Of a stretch of 64,000 nt of DNA, positions 14,161-28,668 are shown piece by piece. The notes under the pieces were generated by a model. That model was not told where the DNA came from, did not search any database, and worked only from the letters and a program-made list of their open reading frames with translations. How positions within the stretch are numbered: the stretch's first letter is position 1; every line of letters begins with the position of its first letter. Source of the DNA: the human T2T-CHM13v2.0 reference genome, Homo sapiens; NCBI RefSeq assembly GCF_009914755.1, contig NC_060925.1; one strand, written 5' to 3'. The position numbers and the translations under genes were made by a program.

Positions 14161-15061
14161 GGGCAAGAGGGTGGTAATTCTTCATTATTCCTTACTGTAA
14201 TTAGTCTGTCAATGTTAATGAGCATGCTATTATTAAGCACCTATTGGATGTTCAGTGTTGTGCTAGGCCCTGTGAGACATATAGGAACCTAAAAATTTGA
14301 GCCTTGCCCTCAAGCACTAAGGAAACACACTTTCTAAACCACAATTTAGCATATACCATAAGTGCTGCAGAAGGCCCCAGGCAGCGGAGGCCAGTGTTGC
14401 CCTGGCTAGAAGGTGTCACTTAGGTTGGCCTTTGGGCTGGAGTAGAACCTAGATACACAAGAGAGGGGAGTGAATTAGAGAAAATTCAACGGCCTAAAAT
14501 TCTATTTTCTAACAAGGACAATGGTAAGTTGATAATTAGTAGGATAGAGATAGCTTTTGATTAATGAAGTTGGATTATCTCTATTCTGTGGATTATCCCT
14601 GACAAATGCTTAATCCTGAACTTCCTCCCTTTTTGAGCATTTGGGCTCTCTTTTCTGCCATCCGTCAACATGTTCAGGGGAATACAAACTAATATTACTA
14701 TTAGCTAAAGAAAAACATAATTAAGGAGGGCAATCTGCTGTCCCTAAATTGTATCATCTTTTCCAAACTAAATATGAGTGATATTGGTACTATCTTTTGT
14801 TTGGAGAGATCCACACCACTTCTCTCCCTCTTAAGGCTCAAGAAGAATTGACTGTGACCATGATATACACAATACATTTATTAAGCTGTCTCTCTAACAA
14901 GGTAGCTAAACACTTGGGAAGTAAGAGTAATGCCTTAGAGAATTTGGAACCCATGACATCTGATTCATTGGTATTGTCCATATTTGTACATGTTTACTCT
15001 AATATAAAGTAATAATATAATAGTGCTGTCATTTGCAAAATTAAAAATCCTGGCACATTAC

Positions 15062-15286
15062 TCATGGGTCATGCTTTGGGTTGTCATTCTAACGGGTTTG
15101 GTGGATTTGTATAGATCTGGTCCTCTATCTCACTTTGTCCTGCTGGTGACCAGTGGCTCCTCTTGGAGGCAGACGGCCAGGGTTAAGGGTGGAATCTGAG
15201 GCCGTGAGGGAGAGTGAAATTAACTGCTCCCTTCACAAGGGAATTGAACCCCTGACCTTCACCTCATTAGCACAGCACTCCAATGC
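15062..15286 (-). mobile_element. MamSINE1-like ancient tRNA-derived SINE
   Basis: The reverse complement has a tRNA-Ile-like head (GTGCTAATGAGGTGAAGGTCAGGGGTTCAATTCCC) followed by a body matching the recalled MamSINE1 consensus (CACGGCCTCAGATTCCACCCTTAACCCTGGCC...CAAATCCA...CAACCCAAAGCA). Confidence 0.7.
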
Positions 15287-16006
15287 AGCAATTCCTAACC
15301 TCAATTTTATATCACCCCAGGGTGTCTCCACTTATCTCAAGCGGGAGCTGCAGAATTCCTCCAACAAAATTAATTTTAATTCACCTTAATTTAAACATTA
15401 AATACGGACTATGAGGCAGCAACTTGCAGGAGTGGGGAAGAATGGCTGTTGTTAATAAATCCCACCACCACAATGCACTGTTATCCAAACACCCCAAAAC
15501 ACCCTCTCGAACCCACTGAGCCAAACAGTGTGGGGAGGAAGAAGTCTATAAGTAAGCAGCAGGCATGGAAGGCTTTTAAATTGCGGGGGAAGCAACACCC
15601 AACCCTACCAAACATCTGCATTTCATAGAGACTGTTTCATGTGGTCAGCTGGGGTGCACTCTGACATTCACTGGGCCAGATGGACATATTTCAGCTCCCG
15701 TCCAGCCAGCCCATCCCTTTTTCCTCCTAGGGACTGTGATGCTTTGCATAGTCCCAGGAGTTTGCTGCAGGAACATTTTGTGATTTACTAAGAAAATAAA
15801 TTGGTCTTTGTTGCTGGGGCTTTCTCCTGGGTCAATACAAAAGATTTATCACCTCCATGCCGGCCCACGGAGAGGTTGGCTCAAAGGATTCTCTGGCCAC
15901 TGGCTTATTCTGGAGACAAGCAGAGTCCCAGCAGAACCTTTGCAGGGCAGGCCAGCAGCCTGAGTGTAAGGCAGGGGAAGTAACCGTAGGAATCAGTTAT
16001 TGATGA

Positions 16007-16343
<337 letters not shown>

Positions 16344-18739
16344 GAACATCCTTAAAACTCTTCATGGTCGTTTACTGATAACAACATCCACATGCATTTT
16401 TTAAAGGAGAATAAGCATAGTTCCTTACCCTGGCAGTGCACTTTATATAATTTGTCAAAGAGTTTCACATGCATTGTATCTCAATTGTTCTCTACCTACC
16501 CAGAATTACCAACTTCATTTTATTGAAGAGCAAATAGACTTGGAAAAGTTAAATGCCTTGCCCAAGGTCGCATAGCTAGTAAATCATGGTTGTAGCACCA
16601 GATCCCATGTCTTCTCATATACTGCACTCTTTTCTCTATACTAATCTTATCTTGGTTTATTATCAACATCCATTTGCTTTTGGCAGGGAAGGGTCCAGAA
16701 TCTTCATTTTACAGAACAACGAATTGAGGTAAGTAAGCGTTTTGGGTCCTGCCTCTTTTTCTGCTGGCACCATGTGCCTTTCTTGCTGAAGGGCAAGGAG
16801 TTCTTTTGCAGGCACACTCATTTCTGCTCTCAGAGGCCAGGCTCTCAACCATCATCATCAGTGCCATCCTGCTCATTGGGCCCCACCCTGCCCTCTGTGT
16901 CCAGTGGGGGCTTGCATCTGTGATTTCTGGGCAGTGAGGGGGTCATACGTGAACAGTTCCTTCGCATCCTCTTAAAATTGCTCTTTCAGCTCCATAAGTT
17001 TCAACTAGTCAAAACACTCTCCTTCACACTTCTTCAAAGATGAGCATTTGTTCTACATATTTTTTTGTAGTCACATTCTGCGAGTGCACACTTTCCCTCT
17101 TGGGTCCTTAGACACACCCTTTTCCAGGCATGATTCACTTCCTCAAGCTCCATTCTGGACACATACATCTGGTGCCACCTGGAAGAGGGCTTATCAGGTC
17201 CTCCCACCTGGAATACAGCTTAACCAGAGTTGATTTCTAAGGCATGCAACCAAGAAACCAGACTGATATAAATGGGATATTATTGATTTTATCTGCCTAA
17301 CCGAGTCTATAAATTTCTGAAAGCCATGGAAGGAACTCTATTTTGTTGCATTCCTCATAACATCTAGAACGGTGCTTTGCATATACTGAGTGCTCAAGGC
17401 ATATTTGCAGATGGTGACGAGGATGATTTGATGTCGTTTTAAAGGCCGGACATCCAAGAGGAGGTCTGTTCTCTACATGTGCATGCACGTACACTTACAC
17501 ACACTCTCTGACTTGTAACATGCCCTTTGCAAGAGTCCATTTGGGAAATGCAGTGGGCCCACTGGAAGAAATTCAAGGCCATGGGCCAGCTACACCACGG
17601 AAGCCCTACACCCAGCCAAACGTGCTCACTGGCAAGTCAAACCCAAAAGCTGTCATCAAATTCTGCTTCCTGGCAGCCCGGATCCAACAATACTCTGAAA
17701 GACAAAAGAAGCAGAAACTCAAGTGAAGATCACCAACGTGTCTTTTTGGGCAACTAGCAGATTGAGCAGAGGGTCAGCACAGACACCAGCAGAGAAGAAC
17801 ATTCTCCTGGCAGGACTCTGCCTCCAAATTCGGCACCACTTCACAGGATCTCAGCCTCACACCTTATGGGATTTATTTTTTTAAAAAAGATCCAACATTT
17901 GTTCCTAATTATTCTTAGTAAAACTGCCTTTCTTGATGTGGCACCCATTACCTCATTCATTCAGTCACTCATTCATTCATTCAATGAAACCCCTGTCATC
18001 CACGCTCTGGGCTCTTTCTACAGCCCCACGAGATGATCAAGAACTCTGGAAAACAGGTAAGCCATTATCATCAGTGTATATGAAATTATCATCAGTGTAT
18101 ACGAAATATGAAGAAACCCAATTAGATGGAGATATCTCCTACCACACATTGAAATCAGAACTCAGACAAGACTCAGATGTTCTAACTCCAAATTCTGAGC
18201 AGTGGCCCCTGGATAAAGGATTATGGAGAAATACTGACCAGAAAAAATACTCTTAAATGGCATATTGTGGTGTTTTAAGGCAAGGTTATTGGTAGTGCTT
18301 GTAACTCTCAAAATACTGTTTTGGAAGTTTGTAGTGATTTTGCAGAACGGCTTTGAGTTACCTCTGGGTGTTATCAATCATTGGATAGTTTTCAAAAGAA
18401 ATCCACCTTAATTTGAGTTAAATAATATGTCATTTAGCCAGATTTCCTCCTGCCCCCAATCCCCATAGGAGTGAGAAGCCATGGCTTGGGGCATTATCTC
18501 AGCATCATGGGAATTGCAGAGAGGGTACCACAGCTTTAGAGTTTGAGGTGTTGAGCCTGAACAAAAGGAAAGGGTAAGAAACTTGGGGTGGATAGAACGT
18601 GGAACTACTATGAAGAGCTTATTGCATAGAAAAAGAGAAATTTGAGTTTAAAAAAAAAATGGAAGAAAGTAAAGGGAGCCCAAATGGGAACAGTTACCAG
18701 AGGAGATTCCCTGGAATTTGAAGGAACCAGGTTGAAGGA

Positions 18740-18912
18740 TGGTTTCCCAATTTGAATAATTATAAGAATCACCTGGTACTCTTTTTAAAACTATAAGTTC
18801 CTAGAGCCCCAGTCTTAGACATTGCATTTAGCGTGTCTGGGTTGAGGCCCAGAAATCTGTATTTTTAACAGAAACCCAGGTGATTTTTATAATCAGGAAA
18901 GATTTGGGCAAT
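18740..18912. mobile_element. MER5-like hAT-Charlie MITE
   Basis: AGAATCACCTGG...GGGTTGAGGCCCAGAAATCTGTATTTTTAACA...CCCAGGTGATT. Confidence 0.7.
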
Positions 18913-19388
18913 GTCTGCATTTGAAGATGCTGTCTCTCAAAATGAAGAAATACCTGGACAAAGCCAAGTCCAAGACAGGGGCTCTAAGTCAAAAAGGCAA
19001 GAGCAAAAACAACATGAGCCTTTACAAAATGTGAATTGGCAAAAAAGCAGCTGTAGCTCATATTTAATAACCTCCCATGGCTTCCAGAGAAGCAGCTGGG
19101 TCTGCAGAGTCCTGTTTGTGCACAGGATGAATGGAGTCTGTGTGCCACTCGGGATGCCCCCACAATACCCACATTATCACTGAGGTGCTCCAGCGAGGCA
19201 TTCATTATGCACTCCCCTGCCACCCAAAGCCTCAGGTCAGGTTTGCCTTGGACACTCTCCCTTCTCCCTTCTCTGAGGCTGAGGGGCTGCAGGGGCGGGT
19301 GCCTGAACTCCCTCCCTCTCTCAGGGATGCCTCAGCTCTATGGGACTTCCTCTGGATTGCATGATTGCATTTTCCTGCCTTGGGGCAC

Positions 19389-19540
19389 CCTAAAGGCCTG
19401 CCTCTGGGAAGCAGGGTCTAGAGGCATGAGCTTGTCTGGACAACAGAAGCTCAATCTCAGCATCCTAAAGGCCTACCTCTGGGAAGGGGGGGGTCACAGA
19501 GGCATGAACTTGTCTGGACAACAGAAGCTCAATCTCCATC
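19389..19540. repeat. Imperfect ~75-bp tandem duplication
   Basis: CCTAAAGGCCT-CCTCTGGGAAG...AGAGGCATGA-CTTGTCTGGACAACAGAAGCTCAATCTC occurs twice. Confidence 0.9.
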
Positions 19541-19623
19541 TCCAAGCAGTTCGATCCCCCAACACTCTTGGTATTAGGAGGGGAGCCTCTGCAAGTGTGA
19601 GGACCGGGGGCCTCTAAACACGG

Positions 19624-19878
19624 TTTTTTTCTTTTTCTTTTTTTCTTGAGATGGAGTCTTGCTCTGTTGTCCAAGCTGGAGTGCAGTGGTACCATCTCCA
19701 CTCACTGCAACCTCTGCCTCCTGGGTTCAAGAGATTTCTGGCTAATTTTTGTATTTTTAGTAGAGACGGGGTTTCACCATGTTGGCCAGGCTGGTCTCAA
19801 ACTCCTGACCTCAAGTGATCTGCCCACCTCGGTCTCCCAAAGTGCTAGTATTAAAGGCGTGAGCCACCACACCAAGCC
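19624..19878 (-). mobile_element. AluS with internal deletion
   Basis: GGGTTCAAGAGATT is joined directly to TCTGGCTAATTTT; CTAAACAC flanks both sides. Confidence 0.9.
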
Positions 19879-20672
19879 CTAAACACAGCCTGAGGCTGGT
19901 ATCCCAGGAGGCCTTGAAAAATCTCAGGTTTGCTGCTGACAGGTGTGCCAGGAAGAGACCTGGCTGCTGTCTGCAAGTGGCCAAACCCTGATAATCCCGG
20001 AAATAAACAATAAAATAAACTCCTCAATGGTGATTATAAAGTACTATTGTTTATCAGCCAGGACCTGTGCTAAGCTTTTCACCTACATTATTTCATTTAT
20101 ATTTCAGAGCAATCCTTTGAAGCAGTCATGTTTATATCAGTTTTATGGATGAGGTCAGAGACTTCTGCTGGTTAAGTACCTTGCCACTATCACACAGCTA
20201 GCTAGTAAATAAACTTTAAAAAATTGAAGTATTATGTACATAAAGACAGGCATAGTGTACAACTAAGTGGGTTATCATAAAAGTGAACATACCTGTGTAA
20301 CCATCCACCCAAATCAAGAGCTAGACTATTACCAGCCTCAGAAAAATCCCAGACCCTCTCCAATAACCTCCTCTTCCCCAATGGTGACCATTTTTGTCAC
20401 CGAGTATTAGATGGCTAGTTTGTGAATTTTATAAAAACAGAATTCTACATTATATGTTCCTTTTGTCTGACTTTTTTCTCCACTCAGTATGACATCTGTA
20501 ATGTTGATCTAATGTCATTCATGTACAAGTAGTTTGGTCATTTTTAATGCTATAAAGATGTTCATAGTATGAATGTATCACAATTTATTTATACATTTTT
20601 CATTTTGCTGGTTATTTGAGTAGATTTTAATTTTGCCCCATGACAAATAATGCTACTTGGAATGTTCTTGGA

Positions 20673-21084
20673 TAGTTGACCCTTGAACAATGAGGGTCGG
20701 AGCAGTAAAAAATTCATGTATAACTTTTGGCTCTCCCAAACTTAACTAGTAATAGCTTACTATTGACCAGAACCCTTACTGATGACATAAATAATTGATT
20801 AACACATATTTTGAATGTATATACTGTATTCTTACAGTAAAGTGAGCTAGAAAATAGAAAATACTTTTAAGAAAATTATAAGAATGAGAAAATATATTTA
20901 CTATTCATTAAGTAAAAGTGAATCATCATAAAGGTCTTCATCCTCACCGTCTTCACATTGAGTAGGCTGACGAGGAGGAGGAAGAGGAGGGGTTGGTCTT
21001 GTCTCAGGGATGGCAGAGGTGGAGGAAAATCTGTGTATAAGTGGACCCACGCAGTTCAAACCCATGTTGCTCAAGGGTCACCTG
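20673..21084. mobile_element. Tigger2a (MER28)-like Tc1/mariner non-autonomous element
   Basis: Terminal inverted repeats AGTTGACCCTTGAACAA ... TTGCTCAAGGGTCACCTG followed by TA. Confidence 0.82.
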
Positions 21085-22699
21085 TACATGTGTCTTGGTG
21101 TACATATTTCGGCATAGGATATACCAAGAAATGTAATTGATGGGTCATAAGGTGTGTGGATTTTCAGCTTTAGTAGATACTGTTTACATAGTTTTGCAAA
21201 GTGGCTGTACCAGTTCACTTTCAGCTATGAGAGTCCTGGGGGATCCACATCCTCACCAACACTTGATACTGTTGGTCTCTTTTTACTTTTGCCATCCTGA
21301 TGAATGTGTTTCAGTTTGCATTTCACTGATGACTAATGAAATTGAGCAGCTTTTCAAATGCTATTGGCCATTTGGATATCTACTGGCTTATTCAGGTCTC
21401 TTGCCTGTTTTTCTACTGGGTTTTCTGTCTTTCCAGGTGATTTGTAGGAGTTCTTTATATTTTCCGGTTATGAATCCTTTGTCATTTATATGGATTGTAA
21501 ACGTCTTCTCTATGGCTTTTCTTTTCATTCTTAATAGTATCTTTTGGTGAAAAGAAGACTCAAATTTTAATGTAGTCCAATTTTTCAATGTTTTCTTTTT
21601 TGATTCTGTTTTTGTTTCTGTTATATATAAGTACAACTGACTTTGTATATTGATATTTCAATCCAAGAACCTTGCTGAATTTACTTATTAATTCTGTTAG
21701 TTTTTCTATAAATTATTTTGTATTTTCTGCATATGCAATGATATAGTCTGTCAATAATGGCAGTTTTTTTTCTTTCTATTTCTTAAAATTTTATTTGTTT
21801 TCTTGCTTTACTGCAAAGGCTAGGACCTCCAATACAATAATGAATAGAAGTGGTGATAGATAGGAAGCATCTTTCTTTTATTCTCAGTATTAGGGGAAAA
21901 GTATCAATATTTGAACATTTATATGATATTTGCTGGAGGGTTTTTTTGTAGATACTCTATCATGTTAAGGCATTTCCCTTTTAGTCGTACTTTCCTAAAT
22001 ACTTCTTTTTTCCTTTTACTATCGCCAGGGGTTGAATTTTATCAAATGCCTTTTCTGAATCTATTGAGCTGATCAACGATTTTCTTCTTTATTCTGTTAC
22101 TGTGGTAAATTACATAGACTGATTTCCAAACACTGAAATAATCTTGCATTTCTGGAAAAAAATATCATCTTGTTTGTGATGTATTGTCCTGTTTATATAT
22201 TGCTGAATTCAGTTTGATAACATTTTGTTTAGGATTAGCATCCATGTTCAGGAGAAAGAAATCACCATTTTCTTTCCTTGTCAGGTATTAAGGTTATAAA
22301 GCTCTCAAAAATGAGTCAAGAAGTCATTTTTATTTTCTAGAAGAGCTTTTGTAAAGACTGATGTTATTTCATCTTTAAAGGTTTTGAAGAATTCACTGGT
22401 GAAGCCATCTGGGCCTGGAGGTTTGTTTTTGTTTTTGTTTTGGTGGAAAGGTTTTTCATTATGGATTTTATTTCTTTAATAGGTACAAGGCTATTATATC
22501 AGATATTCTTTTTTTATTTGGGTCAGTTTTAATAAGCTGTGTTTTCCAAAGAATTTGTCTATTTCACCTAGATTTAAACATTTATCATCATAAATTGGTT
22601 CTGAACAGCTTTTTGTCTTATTTAGGAGCCACAGATGCTATTGTTAGGGCTTCCTTTCCATTCCTGATAATATTTGGGACTCTTCTTAAAAAAAATTAA

Positions 22700-23183
<484 letters not shown>

Positions 23184-23749
23184 TAAAATCTTGAGATGGA
23201 AACTTAGTTCATTGTTTCTTCATCTTTTCTTCTTTTCTTGTAAAGCATTCAAGGTTTTAAATTTCTCTTAAGCATTCTTTGGCTGCATCCCTTACATTTT
23301 GATATGTTTTAGTTTTATTACCTTTTTATTGAAATATTTCCTAATTTCCACGGTAATTCTTATTTTGACTCATGGGTTGTTTAGATATGTATTAGTTCAT
23401 TTTACATCACCTTAATCCGACCAAGAACTGAGCTCTTTAAAGATGGTTCAGGCTTTCTGCAGGCTGAGTTCTTCCTGGATCACCCCTTTGTGGGGAGTCT
23501 CAACAGAAGACCAGTGGTATTTAACCCAGCTCTTCCTCCTTGCTGGGCTCTGAATTCCTTTCTGTGCCTCAGCCCCATGAGAGTCCTGGCAACTCTGCTC
23601 AACTTCTCAGTTTCCGAGCCACTGCTGGGGAATCCATGCACACCAAGGAGAAAAGTGGCTGGCACCTCTCCGCTCACGCCTTGTTTCTGGGATCTTAGTG
23701 CCTTAGTTTCTCATTGCGTTAGTAGTTTGTTTTTTTTTTTAAATTCTTA

Positions 23750-23862
23750 TTCATTTATTTAGGAGACAGAGGTCTTGCTATGTTGCTCAGGCTGGCCTCA
23801 AACTCCTGGGCTCAAGTGACCCTCCCACCTCAGCCTCCTGAGTAGCAGGGACTACAGGCTAC
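23750..23862 (-). mobile_element. FLAM / AluJ monomer
   Basis: GGTCTTGCTATGTTGCTCAGGCTGGCCTCAAACTCCTGGGCTCAAGTGA. Confidence 0.8.
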
Positions 23863-24769
23863 TATTAGCTGGTGGTTTTTGATGCCTTCAAATAGATTTG
23901 AAAAAGATGTTTTGTCCACATTATCCAGTGTTCTTGGCACGAAGGGCGTCTGATAAGCCAATCTATCCTTACCACCAGGGGACATCCCCTGGAACCAGGA
24001 TTTAGGCACAGGTCTGTGCACACCCAGACTCCAGAGCCCACACCGCTGCGTGGCAGGGGGAGTTGCCATGTTGGAGTACAGGCCGCCAAATGCGGAGTTG
24101 AAAAGGAATGTGAAGCCCTCTTGCTCTCCAGCTCTCTTCTTCATCATCTTCATTATTCTGGATCTAGTCAAGCATTGCCATTTATCTAATCTCAGTTCTA
24201 AAATGTGTTGAACACAAATTTTCTAGTTTCTTAGTAAAATTAATCTTTTAAATCACTTACTTTCTAACGGTTGTTCACAGGGCATCTGGGACCTCTTTTT
24301 CAAGTTCACCTTCTCCTGGTCTGAAACCAAAATGAAAACAAACAGAATCCAAGTGTGCTGTAGCTCCTGACATCCCTCCGTGGGCTCGGCCAGCCCCTGC
24401 ATGGAAGCTTCCACATGGGTTCACCAGGCTGTTCTTCGGGCTCTCCCAAAGTGGCTGCTTTTCCGTCAATATGAATGGCATGACTGGCCACATCTCCCTT
24501 TTTTCTTCGGGTGCCAGGAAGCCTGGACTGTTGAGCTAACTTTACGGTCCAACCATAGCAACTATGTCAGTGTGCAGATAACTGAAGGTGCCTTTCCCTC
24601 CCTGGCTTGGCTTCTCCCTCTTACTTCTCTTCCCAAGCTCTCAATTTGCTTTATTTTTGTATATTTTACCACGATATTGTCTCTCTGTGTGTCTTTATAT
24701 AAAACTTGAGTTACTCCAGTTCTGCCAATCTGTGTAATCACTTGGCATTTTTATTTGTGTTCATAATTT

Positions 24770-25100
24770 TCAGCCATGGAGACATTTGAAAGACAACAAA
24801 ATCGATCCTGGAGAAACAGAGATGTGGGCACTATTGCAATTTATAGAATTTATTGTAAAATTGGACTTTGATGAATCTTTGCCATACATATTCTGTTGCT
24901 TAAGATTTTTTGTAACAATTTATGTGTCTATTGCTTTATGTGAAAGACGCTTTTCAAAATTAAAATCAGTAAACAGTGTTCTGTGATTAACCAGGAACAA
25001 AAGTAGATGGACAACTGCTCAATGAACATGAAACGATGAAGATCAATTTTTCTTCTAGGTCATGGACAAATTAAAGTAGTTAAGTGTTAAAAACAGAGAC
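24770..25100 (+). mobile_element. hAT transposase relic (C-terminal dimerisation domain; Tip100/Zaphod/Arthur-like)
   Basis: ORF 24786..24986 ends LRFFVTIYVSIALCERRFSKLKSVNSVL, matching the hAT motif L.IFLT.PVS.ASCERSFSKLK.IK..LRS. Downstream broken-frame sequence gives EHE..KINF..VMDK. Confidence 0.7.
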
Positions 25101-27576
25101 CATGATGTCATTCCTCATGACTACAATAGACCAATATTTAACTCTAAGCGTATTTCCTTTAAAAAAAAAAAGTTAACTACAAAAATGTAGTTAAAGGTGC
25201 TAATCTACTACTTTTTTGGGACTGTAATATTTACTGTATTATTTATTTTTCTATTTTATGGGCATAACCATCCACAGAAGGGTCAGTAAGAGAGAAATAT
25301 CACTGCTTTCCTCTTCTATCCATTATTTTTGTTGTTTCGTTTCATGGCTACTACTAAAAATAATGTTGTCACAGAGAAGCAAGGTGATAAAAGGATTCTC
25401 TCTGGGGGTCAATCCATGAAGAAAGCTGGAGAAACATCTGCTGAACAGAGTTCATGGCTTCATGTTCTATCTGAGCAAGTCTCATCCTGCAGTCAGCTCT
25501 CTTGAGGCTGAGCCAGGTCTTTGCACACCTTTCCTCTGGCTGATGCTTTTAAATTCCCTCTGTCTTCGTCTCTGCTATTGAGTTCGGTCTCCGCCGTGAG
25601 TCCCCCACGGGGCCTGGTGAGGACAGGCTCTGTGGGAGCAGCTTTCTGTTTTGAGCCTGTGATGTCTGGCCAAGGAGCGCCTGTCAGCTGCTTGGGCTCC
25701 ATCTCAGCCCAGAGACGTCGTGCTGTGTGGTCTTAAAGCAGGTCACTTCACCTCTCGGTATCTCTCTCTGTAAAACCCAGATAATAATACTTCCCAAATA
25801 AAGAAAGGGTTTTCTTTAAGCCCTTTGAGCTCCTCAGATGGAGCGCACCACAGAAATGCCAAATGCGGCATTGTGATCCGCGCTGCCTCCATGTGATTAG
25901 GTAATGTGAGATTGTGGTTCATTATGCTTTGTCTGGAATGAATGCGAGCCCTGCCACAAAGCACTGGGAACTCTCAGTTACACAGAAACCCCATGGTAAG
26001 CTTGGATTGGCTTACACTTAAATAAAGCACACCAGAAAAGAGCAGTAGTTTTGACGAACCCAGCTCTGAATTAACACTCATTTGATTTCTTCTGCTGAGT
26101 GCGGGCGATAAGTAAGAGATGACCCAGTTACAGGTGCGGGGGGCACAACCAACACTGAGGTGACTGAGTCGGGGGAAGGGCAGCCCCTCTGCAAAATGCT
26201 TCAGGCTCCCAAGGAGGCAGGCCCAGAGTGGGCGGGTCTGGACTTACTGCTGTACAGACAAGGGGGAAATTCAATAGCTACCATTTATTGAGTTTCTGCT
26301 AGGTGCCAGGAACTCTGCAATGTATGTCATTCTTCTAAACCCTCCAGACAACGGTATTAAACCATATTAATATTCTGAAAACCAAAACAAACACCCACTA
26401 CACTTGATACATTTTTTTTTTGTACCATAATGAAAGCCTATGTGTTTGGGCCCACAGTTTCAGCCAGGATTTTGACCTGGGGCCTCCTCACTGATCCTGA
26501 GGCTTTAAGACCACACAGCATGGGTCTGCGAATTGCAAATGGGAGGCTTACTTTTCCCATTCTTATCCAAGCCTCCAGAAGTGGCTCTGGAGCTAGATCC
26601 AGCCTCCTTTCTTACGAAGCCTTGGATACATCCCACTTAGCTTGACAAACTTTTACCGGAATTCTCTGATCCCATTTCACAGCTGTTGCAAAGGTAGGGT
26701 CTTGGTTGTGTCTTCCTTCAAGCTGCTTATGAACCAGGGGTGGAGACTAGGAAGTAAGGAACCCTGGAATCAGAGAAGTCAGGAGCAAGCATCTTGCTGG
26801 CTTGAGGTTCTCCAGGCACCATAAACCAAGTAGTGCGCATACTAAGAAAACAAGCTGGACAACAAGAGGAGAGCAGGAGGGTCCTTAGGATTGGCTGCTT
26901 GTACCATGGCCCCCAGTGGCTCAGTAGAGACAAGGGGAATCCCAGGTAAGTAGACTCCTTCGCTCCCCAGAGAGGAATCTATTGTGTCAATTGCTGGGAA
27001 ACACGCTCAGTTGAACTGACCCTCTATAGCCGTATGTGCGTGTGGAATCCATTGTTAGGGAAACCATGGTGAGAAGGGAAGTGAGATGCTCTGGATGGGT
27101 GCTGAGCTGAGTGCTGATGGAACAGACCTTCCAGAAAAGGTTGCATATTATCCAAGGAAATATCATTGCCTGGAGAGTCCTAGGCTGACTTGCTCTCTTG
27201 GGAGCTGATGTTTAGGGAATGGGAGAAGCAGCTGGTTTAAAGCATCAAACAATGTGAAATGAACTTCAGAATCTGCCAAATCCTAAACATTTCTTGCTAA
27301 GCACCATTTTTTCTGTATTGTGAACCCATCTGTGCTTCAAAAGCAATTTTGTTTAAATGGCTTCTTCCCCTTACTCCTAATCCTTGGGAAGCTGTAATAC
27401 ACAGGTGGTAAAGGGGACTCCCCAAGAGATGCTCACTAGGACTGCTGTGAGCCAGATACTGGGCTAACACTGCATAGCACCGAGGGTGTGGGAGATCAGA
27501 AGTCAGGAGCCTGCATTCTCAGGGGAGGGACTGGATCCCTGCAAGGAAACAAAGTGTGGTGTGTGTGGCTTCATGA

Positions 27577-28022
<446 letters not shown>

Positions 28023-28049
28023 TGCAAATTTCTATTTCTAATTGAGCCA

Positions 28050-28668
28050 GCATTTCTTCCCAAAGGTTCACTGGAAAATCACTGACATGAAGAAGATTGA
28101 TTAATAGGAAAAAAGGCATACACATTTATTTAACGTGTATACCCAGGAGCCTTCAGAATGAAGACCCAAAGATAGAGGGGAAATTGTCCACTTTTACACT
28201 TAGGTTCAAGACAGTATGGATAGTCACATAGAAATATGACTGGACAAAAAGGGTCTGATGGAATGCTAGACTAGACTGAGTGGAAAGCGCAGCAAGGCCT
28301 GTCTGCCTAGATTCTTCCAGGCATCCATGCAGCATTCCTTCCTTCTGGGTATGGGACAGGATCCTTTCTGGAGTGGGGATCTTATGACCTACAGTCAAAT
28401 AAGATAGGTTAGATGAGGTCTTTATGGCCAGTTTTTACACAGAAAGGTGGAAGGAAAGCTAGAGTTGTATTTTAGGTTTTATGGCTGGCTTTGGGGAAAA
28501 GGGGTTCTGGTTTTTATATCCGCCTTGGGGAAGAGGGATTCTGGTTTCTATGGCTGGCCTCGGGGAGAATGAGGGGCAAGAGATAGGAGGGCAGGAGAAG
28601 ATCAGAGAAAAACTTTTGCTTCTGAGGCTAAGCCTTCCTTTTGGGGTATTGTTTTCTGAGTCCCAACA
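28050..28668 (-). mobile_element. ERV1 solo LTR (MER39/MER21-like)
   Basis: AAAATCACTGAC...GATTAATAGGAAAAAAGGCATAC...GGAGCCTTCAGAATGAAGACCCAAAGAT...TCTGAGTCCCAACA. Confidence 0.7.

Noticed and set aside
15228-15286. Possible tRNA-Ile gene on the minus strand
   Set aside because: No acceptor stem or D arm; it is the head of a tRNA-derived SINE.
18064-18108. 21-bp tandem duplication ATTATCATCAGTGTATA(T/C)GAA
   Set aside because: Ordinary two-copy slippage duplication with no functional cue.
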